Assembly: GCA_020536535.1 (NCBI GenBank)
Contig: JAHLWZ010000791.1
Span: 186,001 to 250,000 of the forward strand
Source: Pelomyxa schiedti
Taxonomy: Eukaryota; Protista; Evosea
Reading direction: 5' to 3'
Length of the DNA: 64,000 nucleotides
Shown here piece after piece: positions 36,083 through 48,857 of the stretch; position 1 is the first letter of the stretch, and every line of letters starts with the position of its first letter. Position numbers and translations under genes: made by a program. The notes beneath the pieces are model-generated. The model searched no databases. It was not told where the DNA came from and was given only the letters and a program-made list of their open reading frames with translations.

Positions 36083-38720
36083 ATGGATGCTGGGACTTTG
36101 CCGATTGTGCGGGTAGTTGTGGTGGGTGATGGTGCGTGTTGTTGTAATTATGGGATGTTTATCCTCATGCTTTTTTTCCCCCTGTATGTGCAGAGGGTGT
36201 AGGAAAAACTACGTTGATAGAATCATTACTGAAGGGTTCGTTTGCTACAGAGGTTGATTTTGTGCTACCACGGCATGTCGCTAAAGTAAAATTTCTCACG
36301 AACAAAGGTGCCTGATGTGGTAGATTGCGCTGTAACGAACTCTGTGCCAGGAGCTTGTTTGAAAATATTTGACACTTCCTTTTGTATCTTTCAGCAATGC
36401 TTTGTGATATTCAAATGAAATTCGAAGGAAAAACTCCCTACTCACATCTTTTGAGCCTCCAGTGAAGTAAAGACTACAAGTTTGGCAATTATGAGAACAG
36501 CAGATGTAATTTGCTTGTTGTATGACTGCACACGTGGGAATGTATCTATCTGGCCTACTGAACTGGAAAACCCATTCAACTCTCAGGCTCATGACTCCAT
36601 TTTATCATTCTGGATACCTGAAATAAGACGTGAATGTGGCAGAGTCCCTATTTTGCTTGTGGAAACCAAAAGTGATTTGAAATCCAGCTCAAGGGGTGAA
36701 CCTGCCACACCAGCAATTGAGCATGTACTTCTACCACACCTCCCTCACAGTTGATTTATGGCTTTAGAGTGTGGATTCCTTCGTTGAATGTTCTTCTAAG
36801 CAGTTCAAGTCTGTAGTACGGGTATTTCAGTGTTCCCACAAAGGTAGTGCTTTCTTCTCTTTGTCCAGTTGTAATTTTGTAAGTGTATACACATCCAATC
36901 AGCATTTTATTGGACCGGCAGTTAGGCAAAATGCACCCTCTGTGTGAACAGGCTCTTATTCGTATCTTCAAGTTATGCGACAATGATCACGACGGTGTGC
37001 TAGACGATTTTGAGTTGAACAAATTTCAAGTAATTCATGTGATCATTTTAAATGGCTCTAAAATTATCTATTCTTTGAAGATGCTGTGTTTTCGAGAGCC
37101 TCTCCCTGCAAGTGATCTGGAGAAATTCAAGCAGAGTATTCACTCAACTCTGCCCTCGGGTGTAGATGACCTTGGAAGATTGACACTTGCTGGGTACTGT
37201 GCTCTTTAAATTGACTGTTCTGAAAGAACTTCACAGCTTTCTTTTCACACAAGAAAGTTTTCTCAAAATGGGAAGATATGAGCAAGTCTGGCAAGTGTTG
37301 AACACATTTGGCTATGGTCACGACCTAGAACTCTCACCTGTGTTTTTATATAAACAGTTGAGCGCCTAAGCAATAACCAATCAACTGAAAGACACATTTA
37401 GGGTCGTTGTTGACTCTGAGAATGAAGTCTGCGAACCATCAGCAGCGGCATTAGAGTTCATTTCACACCTCTGTGACTTGCACAATCATCAGTCTCAATC
37501 TTTTCTCTCGTCAGATATTGAGGTGGGACTTCATTGTTTTTATTTCGTGGTAAATCTTCCATAGTCTATGTTTCAAATTGTACCTAGAAACCATCACCTT
37601 ATGGAAAACTATAAATCTGTGTACTTTGATCGATGCGGTAACCTCACCACAGAGGGATTCCTGGCTCTATGGTGGTATGACATCTGCAGTCTTCGAAGTA
37701 ATTTTGAAATTCTGGCAGGTTGAAGTTTTCCAGTGACTGGAAAGGGGCTTTGGCAAGTTTGTCTTATTTAGGATACTCAAATCCACCAGCCACAGCAGTG
37801 ATCGTGAGGTACACTTTAATTATTCGGTTCCTTTTGATAAATTGGAAAAGGCCAAGACGAAACATCGAAATGCGGAAACTGTTCAACATTTTTGTTTTTG
37901 GGTCTCGTGGCTGTGGCAAGGTACACTTCCAGTAAAATTCCTTAACTTACTTTTTACGTAAAAATAGTCCTCATTGCTCAATACCTTTATCAAAAGGCAA
38001 TTTGACCCAAGGTATTTTCCCACAGTGGGAAATCAACGTGTTTGTGGTCCTGTGCAATTTCGTGGAACACTGAAGTACGCTGTGGTAAAAGAGAAAGCAC
38101 AGAAACGAGCATAATTTATAAGAATCACAATCTACAGCTGCATGAATTTCCCTCTGATCTTCAAGTTGCTATGCAACCCTCAGAAATGACCGGGTGTGAC
38201 ATGGCCTGCATTCTGTATGATCAGACTTGTGACTTTTCCTTCCACCATGCAGCAAGAATGTGCTATATTCTCGAAAAAGTGTTATCCCCATAACCTCTAT
38301 ATTCTATTTACAAGCTTTCAGGATTACCCACATATCCCACGAGCCCTAGTTGCAACCAAAGTGGACAACACTTCACAGGTTTGATCCCATTTATTTGTCT
38401 GCTTTGTGTTACAAACATTCTTGTAGTCACCAAATAACGAACAAGCTAAAACTTTCTGCCGCACACACAACATTCCGCAGCCACTCTTCTTCTCAGCAAA
38501 AGAAACCAATTCCGCACTGATACTTACAAAACTCCTATCACACCTGAGTCATCCTCCAAAGGCTTCAACACAGCTTCGTTTGCACCTCAGAACTTTGTAC
38601 TTCCAGCAACTAGTCAGAACAGTTCCACGTGCAATTACCTTTGGTGTTTCAGCACTGGCACTTGCCTTGATTGCCTCCTCCATCCTTCTTCGCTTGTGGA
38701 GAAGACACAAGAGCAGATAG
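36083..38720 (+). CDS. MIRO: Miro/Gem1 mitochondrial Rho GTPase (GTPase-EF hands-GTPase-tail anchor)
   Basis: VVVGD|EGVGKTT; ADVICLLYD; VPILLVETKSDL; ALIRIFKLCDNDHDGVLDDFELNKFQ; LTLAG..GRYEQVWQVLNTFGY; second GTPase FVFGSRGCGK; C-terminal TM GVSALALALIASSILL followed by basic RLWRRHKSR*. Confidence 0.9.
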
Positions 38721-38982
38721 ACCAAAAAAACTAAAAACAAAAAAGGAGTTACTTGCTATCACCAACACAAGTATCAACTTGGTCCCACAAAATTCCTTCC
38801 TTCTTGGGCTGTGATGGGTGATGATCTCGCACAAGCAATTGACTGGGGAACCGTTGGGGCTTGACTGAGTTTTTATTATTTCCTCTCCATGGGCACGGTT
38901 TTTATTATTTCCTCTTCCTTCTTTGTGGAGGAAATGTAGGGTACAACAAGACTGGCCAAAGGAAGGCTGTTGGTCATACACA

Positions 38983-39921
38983 TTACAACTCATCATCCAA
39001 GTCCAACTCCAGCTCGGGAAAATCACCCACCTCGAGTTTTCCTGCTTTGTAGAATGCTCCACAGAGTGGTTTGCATGCAAAGTAGCCTTTGCCGTCACTT
39101 TTGCCAAGAGGTTCATCAAGTTCCACTCCGATCTGTAGCAAATTGCATGTGTTACTTGGGATTTGATGTAGGAAGAAGTACCCAATATCCATGTGCAAAT
39201 GAAACTTTGCCTATATACTTCACTGTGCCCCGAGTGTTCGTTCCAATGACTTGGCATCTGTTACCTTTTTTGTGGGTGAATAACAAGAAATACAGTTGGG
39301 TGCTTACCAATTTTAATGTTGGTTGGTAGAGTTTCCTCCTGCTGAGGTGCAGTAGAAATTGCACCAGTCCGCTTCATGTGCCTGAATGTGTCAGTACGTT
39401 GGTTGTACTTGTCCTCATCAAGAACAAACTTCGCTTCCTCTGCCTGGGTAATTCAAGGTGGGTTAATGCAGTATCCAACAAAAGAGTGGTGGGTGTTACA
39501 ATGTGAGTTTCTGCCCGAGCAAGTTGATTCATTGTTGAAGTTGGGTCAGTATCCACAACTGTTATTTCCAGCCTTGAGTCTTCACCAGCTAAACTACCAA
39601 GTGTTGCACTCATATCAATGGCCTTCTCCCCTGTCTATTCATTAATGACCACAAGAGTTATTTCCTAGCATTATTGGATACAACAATTTAATAAATGAAT
39701 ATGTCCGTAATGTAATAATCCCCACAAAACAATAATAAAAAAAATCCCCCCACCTTGTGCAACATAATTTCCATGTTTGCAGGAGCTGTTCCCATAAGTG
39801 GGTACAGCTTGTCCTTGAGCGTCTCCACAGTCAACGACCGCGACATGATCTTACAAACACGGCACGTAGAGGACGACGCATGAGTGGCCACCACCTCCAC
39901 AGATCCAAACTCCTCGTTCAT
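38983..39921 (-). CDS. TBCB: Tubulin-folding cofactor B (Ubl + CAP-Gly)
   Basis: [16 protein letters not shown]; VVDTDP; YNQRT; [18 protein letters not shown]|[13 protein letters not shown]; acidic C-terminus [13 protein letters not shown]. Confidence 0.9.
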
Positions 39922-40121
39922 TTGTAAAAGTCTTGGTACTTGGACGACAAGCTACTAGATCAAAATTTAATGATTGCCTCTTCTTGGCCTGGTGAGAAAA
40001 GACATCACAGGATAAAAAGAGCCTCCAGCACTAGAGTCAATTTTGCATAGCACTACACCAAAGTGAAAGAACACTAGTGATTTGTGGAGAATGGTGTTTG
40101 CAACCAACAAGGTATATCACT

Positions 40122-43100
40122 TTACAGTGACAAAGAAAGAACTGTCTGTTGGAGGAGCCGGAAGGTGGTTGTTATGGTGTGGTCCAGGGGGGATATTTGC
40201 TCTGATGAGGGGTGTTGCCCTGTAGAATCAGAAACAGCTGCGTGAAGTTCTGGGGGTGTCATTTTGTTTTGTTATTTTTTTTTTTTGGAGGCAGTCTTCT
40301 TACCAAGTAGCAACTTGATGGCACTTGGAGCCAGGTCAGGAAATGTGGTACATATGGGGACTAGAGATGGCAGTGTGCTTGTAAGAAAAGCGGCAGGTGA
40401 CACAGCACCATGGGATAATGCACTGAAAGGATCACCCCCTGGTAGTGGGGCATCAATGTATTTTTGGAGGTATTTGTTAAGTACCAGTTCGGCCATTTCA
40501 TGGCTTTGAAAGAGTGTGTTAATACATAATTAGCAAAAAAGGCGTTCGTCACCTTCTTGGTATTGGGTACTTTTTCACAAGACAGCCTGTGAGTTGAATG
40601 GCAAACACCTGAAAAAGAGTTATGCCTCCAGAAAGAAATTTATTTGAGTTACTTGTTTTATCATTTGTGGGTGGCAAAGCAACTCATCCAAAAAATCCAA
40701 GCATTTATCTTCCATATTTTCACCACATTTGGAAAGGTGTTGATTAACATACGCATAGAAGGTATTCCCTCTGTTGTAATTGGAATCAAGGATGTGTGGT
40801 AGCCTTGAAAGTGCACTAACTAATGTACATAAGAAAGGCAAAGTGGTGTCTGTGGTACCTTGATCAATATGGGATTTTGACAAAACATCTGGTGCAAAAA
40901 ACTACAGACGATGGTGCGAGTTTCCTCCAGTACACCAACATTGGATAAGCTTGATGCTTTGGATGTGGCAGGTTGCTCCAAGCAATGTTCCAGTAAAAGT
41001 TGTATACAAGCACTATCTTGGGAGAGTATCAGAGTTGTAGTTTCTTCTTGAATTGTATTCTACAAGGATAGTTATTCCCGTTTATTTTTATTTTTAGGAC
41101 ACTCTCACAGGTGGTGACAATTGCGCTTGTGTTGTGAGATGTTTCCGTGAAGCAGTTAGATATAAGTTGAGAATCTGCAATTGTTAGGAAGACAAGACAG
41201 TTGAGCCTAACCTTGAGCATGACTGTTGTTAATGGGGGGCAAAGAAATGCCCGAGGTTCTCTAGTAATAATGCTCAGAGGATCCGATACATAATCCATGT
41301 GTGTGCGTGTGACACTAGAAGCAGATGGTGTCGGATTAGAATGAAGATGCTGTAGTGTTTTTAAACTGAGTTCCCATGGTATTTGTGTGAAAAGTTTCCC
41401 CCATAGAGCCACAAACTTGGTGGTTATATGATAAAACTCGTCTTGAAATCTTTTATAAGCTATAAAAAAAAAGTACATTCAAAACAAGAAGAACCGGTTA
41501 TCCATAATATGAGGCAAAATTTTGTCAGTAATTACATTGAAGTACTCAGAGAGGTCAGGCAATGGCATTTCATCCAAAATACAGAGGACTGGTGGGTATG
41601 TTAGAAAAAAAAAGTAGGAACAGAAATAACCTTCATAAGCAGAGTCAGAGTTGCGTAGTATATCTAGCTTCGCTTCGACCTTGCCTGGATCTAATACTAT
41701 GGGCCCACAAGGTAGATGGAAATCGGCTTTGCTAAAAGATGTAGGTAATAGAACCGGGTATGACGGGATACATTGTTGTGTGCTCTAATTGCTCCATCAA
41801 GCTTGAAACCTCAAGTAATTGTGGCATTTGATCTGCAATGAGTGGCAGTATATCCGAGATCAAGTTGCCAAATGATTCTGGATGTGCTTGAGCATAATTA
41901 AGTGTCTGCTTTACAGGAATCATGTACATCAGATCAGGTGGGTACACTATGAAAGATTTTAGGTCAGAGAGGAGAGCTTGTGCAAACCTGGAGGGGATTT
42001 AATGTCGACCCTAGGATTTGTCTTCAAAACTTCCAATCGGTGGAGCATGTAAGATTCATTATACTGCAGTAAGTAAAGCAGTATCAATGCACGGGCTGAC
42101 ATATTAGGCTAAATAGAGGGAAGAAAAGGTGAATGGGAGAAGTAACGCGAACCTCTTCATGAGAGTTAGGTATTCCAAAAATCTGAAGAATGTCTTCTTT
42201 TCGAATTGGAGACATTTTATACGCGCCATTGTTTGATGTTAACCTTAGCTTCTTTAATGGCTGGAAACAAAATAGGACGCAGAATACTGGTTCACAAATT
42301 GTGTGATGATAGAAGGAAGCAGCGAGTGAACTGGCAGAGCAGAGGCAATTATCTGCTTCGTCAACCATGGTGTAATATCAATACAATATTTGATAAAAAG
42401 ACCATTGCCAAGAAGGTGACGAACGCACCCAATAGTAGTGTTGGGGTTGTTATCACTTTCAGAAAGCTATATTGATTGTATGGTGAATTTTCGTAGGAAG
42501 ATATTGTATTACCCCTTGAACAACTGGAAGGTTTGCAGCTTGCTTGGCAAGGGAAATGTCATCATATACATCTTTCCGTAGGAGGGAGCAAAGAATGTGG
42601 AGAGTAGGGTTTTCTTATCAATGTCAAAACAAACATTTGTAAAGAAGAGTAAAACTGAGGGGGATGCTGATTCTAAGAGTTTGGCGTGCAAGTTCCAGTA
42701 TCTGTGCCAGCTGGCTTGTCTGAATATAAACACCAAGAAGTAGAAGAAGTTCTGTAACAGAGTTTGTCTTCGTCAGATTGGTCATGAGTGATACAATCTC
42801 TTCCTGTGAGAAGCTTGTAAGGAGAAAATAATTGCAAGAGCTAAGGGCCACTTTGGTGGATAGTTCAGATATGTCTGGACAACAAAGAAGAAAGCAGACA
42901 ACTAGTTGCTTTGTTCTGAGATCAATGAGTTTATGTAGCCACCAAAGTGTAATCACCTTGTGGATGATTCCAAATGAGATAGTGCAAATACTGATGCTAT
43001 ATCCACCGGAGCCAGCCTAAATTCCAGTATTGAAACTAGACAGCATAGAAGAAGAAGGGCAGTGTTTGTTTCAGATTTGAGATGGGTTTGACCACAGGCT

Positions 43101-44555
43101 TGAATGTCCTCATTCATCGGGGATTGCAGTTGCAATCTATTTAATAGGGATTGTACAATCTTATCCCTAAGTGCTGGTGGAATTTCTCGCAATGACAAGA
43201 ACCAGCTGGAATCTTCATTGCGGAGCAAGGAACATAAAAAGTCTATCTTTGAGGCATCAGACTCTCCAACTATAGAATCATACTGACTTCATCATGTATG
43301 ACATTCAAAGAAAGTGCAAGCATGACTGAAATTGCCGATGAAAAATTTTGGCTAAGCAGTTGGCTGCGTATAAATAAACTACAATGGGGTGATAGGTAAC
43401 CAATCATTTCCAACACTTTACTTACAAATGTTATTCAAGAGGAATGAGCATTGAAAGGGTAGAGAATTACATGAGAGGTTCTTCTTTTGTCCTATTTTGC
43501 AGAAGGGATTGTATGATGGCATAAAATGAATGTGGCATGTTAGCCGCTAAGTTAACCAGTAGCTGGGGCCCTAATTCAACCCGGAGTAGGCCTTGGCATA
43601 ACTCCTGTAATCAAGTTCAGGCACAAGGAAATCCAGAAGTGAAAATTACTTTAAGTGGAATTAATTTGGGAAAATAAGCCACCACAGTGGGTAGTGCACA
43701 ATTGATTTCATCTAGATACACTGAAAGTCGTTAGATAATAATAACGTGATTATTTCCAAGCACACGGAGTGAATTCAGTATGTCAGAATTGTACTGGTTA
43801 TCCCAAGGGGAATGGGTTAGCCAGTACAAGTCCCCAACAAGTACTGTAAGCCTATCATCTGTGCTTCCTTCTTCAAAGAGCCTCCCAAGATCCCCCTGGC
43901 ACATATCCTGTGCCAGACGACTTTCTTGAAATGTCTGGTGAGAATACAAAGTTAGTGTAGGTTGTGACCCACAAGAACCCACTACCGGTGTTACAATCTG
44001 AAGGTCAGTAAAATAGCTCTGTATTTTCTGAAAATTGGCATTCATGTATCCAGTCACTTTCTCATACTTTTGTTGTTTGTTTGTTTGTGAGGTTGTAGTT
44101 TTTTTTTGTGGAAGTGCAAGTTACAATCCCGCACCCCCCAAAAAAAGACATCTCGAATTTGTACAGAAGGCATCAAAACACGAACCGGCGCCAACACACA
44201 CACACACACACGCGCGCACCTCAGGAGTCGTAGTCAGCCACGCCATCGCCACGCGCTCCTCCGTCGCCGTCGCCGTTGCCCCTCGCCCCTGCTGCGTCCC
44301 GCTGTCCCCCACCAACTTGGGCGCGTGCCGCGCCCACTCGCCCCGCCGCGCCGCCGCCGCCGGTGCCTGCTGCGCTTGCTGCTGCTGCTGCTGTGGCGCG
44401 GGTGGCGGAGCAGCCGCCGTACTCGTCGTCGTCATCAGGCGGCGACCAACCACACGCGACATGGAGCCGCCGCCCAGAGAGACGCCGCATAGCGTCCCTA
44501 CGACGGCGGGTGGCGGCTCGCTGCACTTGTCGGCGCCGGAGCTCTCCACGTCCAT
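40122..44555 (-). CDS. INTS2: Integrator complex subunit 2
   Basis: Exons match INTS2 landmarks: RLFEEGSTDDRLTVLVGDL (cf. EFEHSD..RLRLVLSEL), DPLSII..AFLCPPL, ETRTIVCSFLHQMF..NP.LIK, TLPSLVPICTTFPDL. First GC-rich exon 44555 to ~44223 splices in frame to YEKVTGY. Confidence 0.8.
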
Positions 44556-44627
44556 GGTTTTTTCTCGCGAGATGTAAGTTGAAAATTAATTTTAAAGAAC
44601 AAACAGTTTTTGATGCGATCCGGGGGT

Positions 44628-46646
44628 TCATGAACCCTGGATAAACAATGGCTCTGGTGTGCCCTTAATCCAGCGCCTGGAATCGTCTGAAGGGAACTTG
44701 TACTCGGCAAAGTCCTTCACTGTGAGCTCAGGGAATCGCCGCAGAGTCTCCTGCATTGTGATCGGCGAGAGGCTCACGAGCCGCACGAAATTCTGCTTGA
44801 CAATCGCTGCATTGATCCCCAGGAAGTGGTGTAGCAGCATGTCCCACGTGGCCAAGTCGAACTTGCTGGTGTATGGGATGCTTCCCCATTGGATTTGCAG
44901 GACCTATGTTGGGAATCAGGTCGCGGAATGAAAGGTATGGAATTTTTTTACCTCTTCTAGTTTAATGTGGAAGCTGTTGATGAGCCACTCGGCACAGCCG
45001 GCTTTCCCTGATGCAACGAGCCGGCACAAAATCCGGTTGTTGTTTGAAGTGGCGAGTGCACGGTCAAATTGGAAGTGTGTAGTCAGTCATTTGGTGGTCT
45101 TGCTGGAGCTCAGGCCTCCCTTGGATTCCGCGAAGCACTTGGCGACTGCTTCACGGGATATTCCGCGGCCCATGGAAACGAGCTTTTTGGCTTGTGAGAG
45201 GGTGACAACAGGAAGGCTATGCTTCAGAATCCCAATGAGAAGTTCTGAGAGCTTTGGCTCATCAATGGCGAACCTCTCCAGGAGGAGCAGTGGGATGGTT
45301 GGGGATTGCTTGTTGTACATATCCTTAACTGACCTCATCACCCAGCTGCGTTCCACTTCCGCGTTCTGCATTGCGATGTGATTCAAAAGCCATTCCACAC
45401 ATTCTGCCGTAAGTTTCCAGATCCAGTGAGCTCTATCACAGATCCACTTGAAAGATTCCCCTGCATCCCCATCCATCATTGAAGTGGCCTTCTCCAGGAG
45501 GTGGAACTTCGCATCCAACCACTACGCAACTGATATATTACCGCTTTCCACTGCGCAAAGGAAGCACATAAGGGCATGCCTTAATTGCAGGTCACCTTGG
45601 TTCACCTCAGTCAGCATGAACTTCACCAGTTCCACGTCACCTGACGGATTCTTACAGGTAATATACAACTTAAACGGTAAGTCGGTGGCGTTTTGAGTGC
45701 CACAAATCCATTTAGCCATTCCTGGTCCTCCTTCTCCCATCAGTGCCAGTATTACAATACTATTTGTTAGAGTGCAAGAAAATCTGTCTGTGAGCCACAG
45801 GAGTACATCCAGTCGGTTGACCTTGAAAACTGGGGTACCCATAGAAGACAATCGAAAGTGCTCAACAATGTAACGACATATCTGCGTCGATTCCGCCGAT
45901 CTGCCCTGGAAAATACAGTGCAGCAATGTTAATCGCCGGTTGTTTGCTACGTGGAATTTCTCGCAGCACCACTTGAACAGCTCCAGGTTCCCGCTTTCAC
46001 AAGCACGCTCGTGTACAGCACCATTGTATTTCCTGAACTGCTTGATGACCCCTAAGGAGCCTACGATCCACTTGGCAACTTCCAAGTGCCCACCAGACAC
46101 AGCAGCCAGAAACGGCCCGTACAACTCCCACGCCTCAGTGATACCGAAGCTCCCCGCGACCCACGCAGCCGCATCCAGCCGCCCCCCCTCGCACGCCCTG
46201 CGCAGCGCGCGGCAGTCCCGCACCTGCGCCGCCAGCTCCCCCTGCTCCCCGGGCCACACCAGCCACGCAAAGCGGCCGGCGACCAGCCCCTCCGCTGGCC
46301 GCAGGTGCCCGCCGGCGCACAGGCCCCCAAGCACGCGGATGAAATCCTTTCTGCTGCCCCGTGCGCGAGCGCCAGGGAACTGCTGCTGCTACCGCCGCCG
46401 CCTGTGGTGGGTCACCAGCCAGCCAACGCAGAGCATGCAGCCGGCCGCGGCGGCGGCGTCCAGGACCGCGTGGAAGTGCTCGTGGGTGCGGAGGAGGCAG
46501 CGGCACACGGGGCCGACGAGGGGGAAGAACGCCTCGGCGACACGGAGGGCCGTCGCCACGCTTGGCGCGCGTTTTTTCCGGCGCGACGGGGTGTCGAGGA
46601 AGAGCTCTCCATTTTCGCGGTGAGTGGTTTTGCGGAAGGGACTCAT
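44628..46646 (-). pseudogene. Lineage-specific degenerate-ankyrin-like gene (~656 codons) with three in-frame stops
   Basis: A single reading frame from ATG 46646 passes TAG (46389-91), TAG (45522-24) and TGA (45087-89), then a 48-nt GT-AG intron (44951-44904) and a final exon to TGA 44628. Contains ankyrin-like motifs ACEGGRLDAAAW, AVSGGHLEVAKW, ACESGNLELFKW. Confidence 0.7.
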
Positions 46647-46961
46647 GGGATGATAAAGCCGCGAAGTCGTCACTCGGGCTCTCCAATACGACACACATCA
46701 GCGGAAAGTAGACAGTTTGCGACAAGAGCCCTCACTGGTGGCAGGTGTTGGTGTGTACGGCATGTGAGGCGCCATATATCGGAGTGTTCTACAACAACAG
46801 AGGCGACGTTATGGTTCACCAAGGAAGAGAGGAAGAGCAGATATGCGAGGTTGCTGGGCCACGTCTTGCGCAAAAAAAAAACAGAAGGCCTTTTTAGTGG
46901 AATTACAGCTTCCGTTTTTGCAGAAAGAAAACTGATTGAACGCGGACTGCAGCGACAAAGC

Positions 46962-48732
46962 ATGGCAACCAACAACGGCCAACTCCCACAGGGGAAACCC
47001 CGATTCACTTACTCTTCTATGCAAACGTTCACTCTTGTGTGCCCAGCGTGCAAGGTACATCTCGCTATTATGGGCGCTTGGCGACATCCTCGCCCTGTTG
47101 CCTTACCGTGTTTATTTTTTGCTCGGACTCACTCGCGGCACTCCACCCCCCCTTTTTCGCTTGTTTTCTCACTCAGGAACCGCCGTGGGAACCAGTGGAA
47201 GCCGAGTGCGGGGACACCTTTTGTGGCGACTGCATGCGGTCCCTCTCCCAGACTTGTGGGTCCACGCTGCTGTGCCCGTCCCTGCTGTGTAGGCAGCCCA
47301 TCGGCTGCACCAAGTCGGTGCGCAACAAGTTGGTCGTGGCCCAGCTGGCGTCGCTGAGGGTGGCGTGCGGCTCGTGCGGCAAGGAAATGAACAGGGGATC
47401 GCTGGTTGATCACGTCCCACAATGCCAAAGGCGTATGTAAAGGTTTTGTTGATGCTCGTGCTATTTTTGGCACAACAAGCTGCCGTTTTTATTATTATTA
47501 TTATTTTTTTTTTTTTTAAACAACATCAAACTATTAATTATGTTCTGAGAACTGTTTTCTTATTCTTATTTTGTCTGGGTTTCATTTTTCTAGCATGCCC
47601 TTTGTGTGGGATTAAGGTGTCTCTGAGTGATCAAGAAACACATGAAAACACTGTATGCACAAAAGCCATTGTTTGGTGTGAAGCATGCCGCACTAAAATG
47701 CTCAGATCAGACCTTGCATCACATATAAGCCAATGTCCTGGTAAGGATGACCTTTGTACTGCCTATTTGAACCTTGTGCACCCTCCAGAAAGGCTTGGCC
47801 AGGGTGATTGTACACCCATATTTTGTAGAGCAAAAGTTTATGGCTGTAGTTGGGTTGGAGTGGGCTCCAATTTACAATCCCATGAGGAATCATGCAAGTT
47901 TTTACCTCTTTTACCAGTACTGGATGAGGTTGAAAATATAACCTAAAGATTTTAATAACACCACAAAGGTTAGAAGGCAAGGAGAAGAGCAAAGAAAAAT
48001 CATTGCTGACCAGGGTAACAAAATTTCAGAGCTACAGGCTCTTGTGGGGCAACTACAACAACAGGTACTAAAGCTATGTTCCCTGGTTGTTGACCAAGCA
48101 CCGGGCCACCATATACAAAGCCCCTCTGTGCTGCCGAAACCACCGTTACCAAAATTCGGTGTGGCCTCTCCATTTCTCAACCTTACCCTACCTCACACTG
48201 CACTGCAGAATGGTCTACAGAGAGAAAGTCAAGTTACATGAAGATATCCGGAAACGAGGTGACAAAGATTCTAACCGATACCAACCACCGCTCAGCAATT
48301 GGGGTTGACAAGTGGAATGCCGGCCAGTACTATTTCATCGTCAAGGCAGTGGCCTTACATGCCACTGGCAGTGATTACTTGGGCGTTGGAATAGCATCCT
48401 CAGATAGTGACCTAGAGCGCTGGGGAGGCGAGAATGGTGTATTTCTCAGCTGCGTGGGGGGATCATCCCATGCCGGTATCAACACCCAGGGGTGTTCGTA
48501 CCCCCTATGCACTGCAAATCCCGGTGATTCCATAGGAGTGCTAGTTGACTGTGATAATTCCACAGTGCAGTTCTTCCTCAACGGGAAGCCAGTTGCTTCC
48601 AGTCATGTGAAGTTTGAACTGCCCGTTTCACCCATTGTTTCATTGTACACAGAAAAAGACTCCATCATAGCTGAATATGCTGAGATACCAGTCGATTTCC
48701 CAAACCCACAATCTTTTAAAGATAACTTGTAG
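46962..48732 (+). CDS. RING + TRAF-type zinc fingers + coiled coil + SPRY/B30.2 putative E3 ligase
   Basis: CPACK|EPP..ECGDTFCGDC..CPSLLC RING; Cx2C..H..C TRAF fingers; CRAKVYGCSWVG..LQSHEESC; SPRY GVGIAS..GDSIGVLVDCD..FFLNGK..PIVSL. Confidence 0.85.
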
Positions 48733-48857
48733 TTCTAATTCCTTTCTTCCCAAATTCAGAAAAATGCATTTTTCGCCACCTTCTTCTTTTGGGTGTGTTT
48801 GAAAAAGCAACGTTTGTGAGGCGGTTTGGCAAACGAGCGAAAAACGAACGAAAAACA

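Noticed and set aside
44035-44710. Multiple overlapping plus/minus ORFs in a GC-rich patch
   Set aside because: Explained by the GC-rich first exon of INTS2 (44555 to ~44223, minus), which splices in frame to the next exon.
45940-47473. Nested long ORFs (46086-47357 +, 45940-46623 +, 46135-46725 -)
   Set aside because: GC-rich shadow frames of the stop-interrupted gene and the RING gene; no coherent domains.
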